DNA of 64,000 bases from a virus (taxonomy: Duplodnaviria; Heunggongvirae; Uroviricota; Caudoviricetes): the IMG/VR virus record IMGVR_UViG_2778261224_000007. One strand, written 5' to 3'. The position numbers and the translations under genes were made by a program. The notes below the pieces were generated by a model. That model ran no database searches, was not told the DNA's origin, and was given only the letters and a program-made list of their open reading frames with translations. Within the stretch, counting starts at the first letter, position 1. Each line of letters begins with the position of its first letter. Shown here piece after piece: positions 63,325 to 64,000 of this stretch.

Positions 63325-64000
63325 GAACGTCATTAGTCACCCGTGAAGAAATGATTGAGGCAATTGAACAGCACACATCCTGTATCAGTACCAGGGATAT
63401 ACCGGGCGTTATTGCCAACTACTTCATGATCACCAAACAACTTTACCGGAGAAAGGACAAGAACGCTGTTCACCGCATTCTGTTGTCTGATATCCGCGAA
63501 TACCTGCTCGAACAGGGGCATCTGAATTACGCAACCGTCGCAGCCGAAACACGCAAGGAGGCACACAGAATGAAAGCAACTAACGTTAAATCAGAAAAAA
63601 CTCATGCACCTTCAGTTCAGGAATCGGAGCTGGTGGTTGTTCAGAATCAGTCTGATGAAATTCCCGTTCTGGAATGGCTGGGAGTGCGTGTAGTGACAAC
63701 TAAGATCCTTGCTAAGGGGTATGGGACAGATGCGGATAACATCAAGAAGAACTTTTCCCGTAATGCTGAACGTTTTTGTGAAGGCAAGCATTTCTATAAA
63801 GTTATTGGAGATGATTTGAACAATTTGCGGGTGACTTTAAGTAACTCACAAAATCCTATCTCTCCTAAAGCCCGCTCACTCATCCTCTGGACGGAACGCG
63901 GCGCAGCCCGCCACGCTAAAATGATCGAAACCGATCAGGCATGGGCATTCTTTGAAAAACTGGAAGACAGCTACTTCCGACAAAAAGAACAGCAACCGAT
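63321..64000 (+). CDS. second antirepressor (Ant-like), 3' end beyond the window
   Basis: ATGA overlap with upstream gene as in the first module; N-terminal and central regions homologous to Ant at 14553-15938 but lacking a segment of roughly 90 aa. Confidence 0.65.
   Translation, partial: MRTSLVTREEMIEAIEQHTSCISTRDIPGVIANYFMITKQLYRRKDKNAVHRILLSDIREYLLEQGHLNYATVAAETRKEAHRMKATNVKSEKTHAPSVQESELVVVQNQSDEIPVLEWLGVRVVTTKILAKGYGTDADNIKKNFSRNAERFCEGKHFYKVIGDDLNNLRVTLSNSQNPISPKARSLILWTERGAARHAKMIETDQAWAFFEKLEDSYFRQKEQQP

Overview
This window reads as about 64 kb of a P1-like phage-plasmid (Punavirus-type) from an enterobacterial host. Identification rests on recognisable proteins (Phd/Doc, ParA/ParB with parS, DnaB-like Ban, the fused C5/N6 methyltransferase Dmt, PacA with clustered GATC pac elements, PacB, KilA, RdgC-like HrdC), three tRNAs, and at least ten 17-bp sites matching the P1 C1 operator consensus ATTGCTCTAATAAATTT. 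Order along the window: tail-fibre switching region, tail/baseplate genes with the Sit tape measure, two secreted proteins, the c4/icd/ant-kilA-repL immunity/lytic-replication region, a Lom/Ail-like moron, sheath/capsid block, parS-parB-parA, an extra T5orf172-like gene, an iteron-flanked repA replicon, hrdC-dmt-tRNA-tciA-ban, a second structural block, a pmg-like cluster rich in glycosyltransferase-like genes, a Type I R-M system with a half-length HsdS, phd-doc, pacA-pacB, and the start of a second c4/icd/ant-like module. No c1 repressor gene and no DNA invertase are present in the window. The most interesting candidates are the second antisense-controlled antirepressor module, the multi-cassette tail-fibre switch, the T5orf172 insertion in the rep/par locus, the glycosyltransferase-like genes, and the repeat-rich non-coding tRNA region. 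All family assignments are from motif recognition and recalled P1 gene order, not from database searches.
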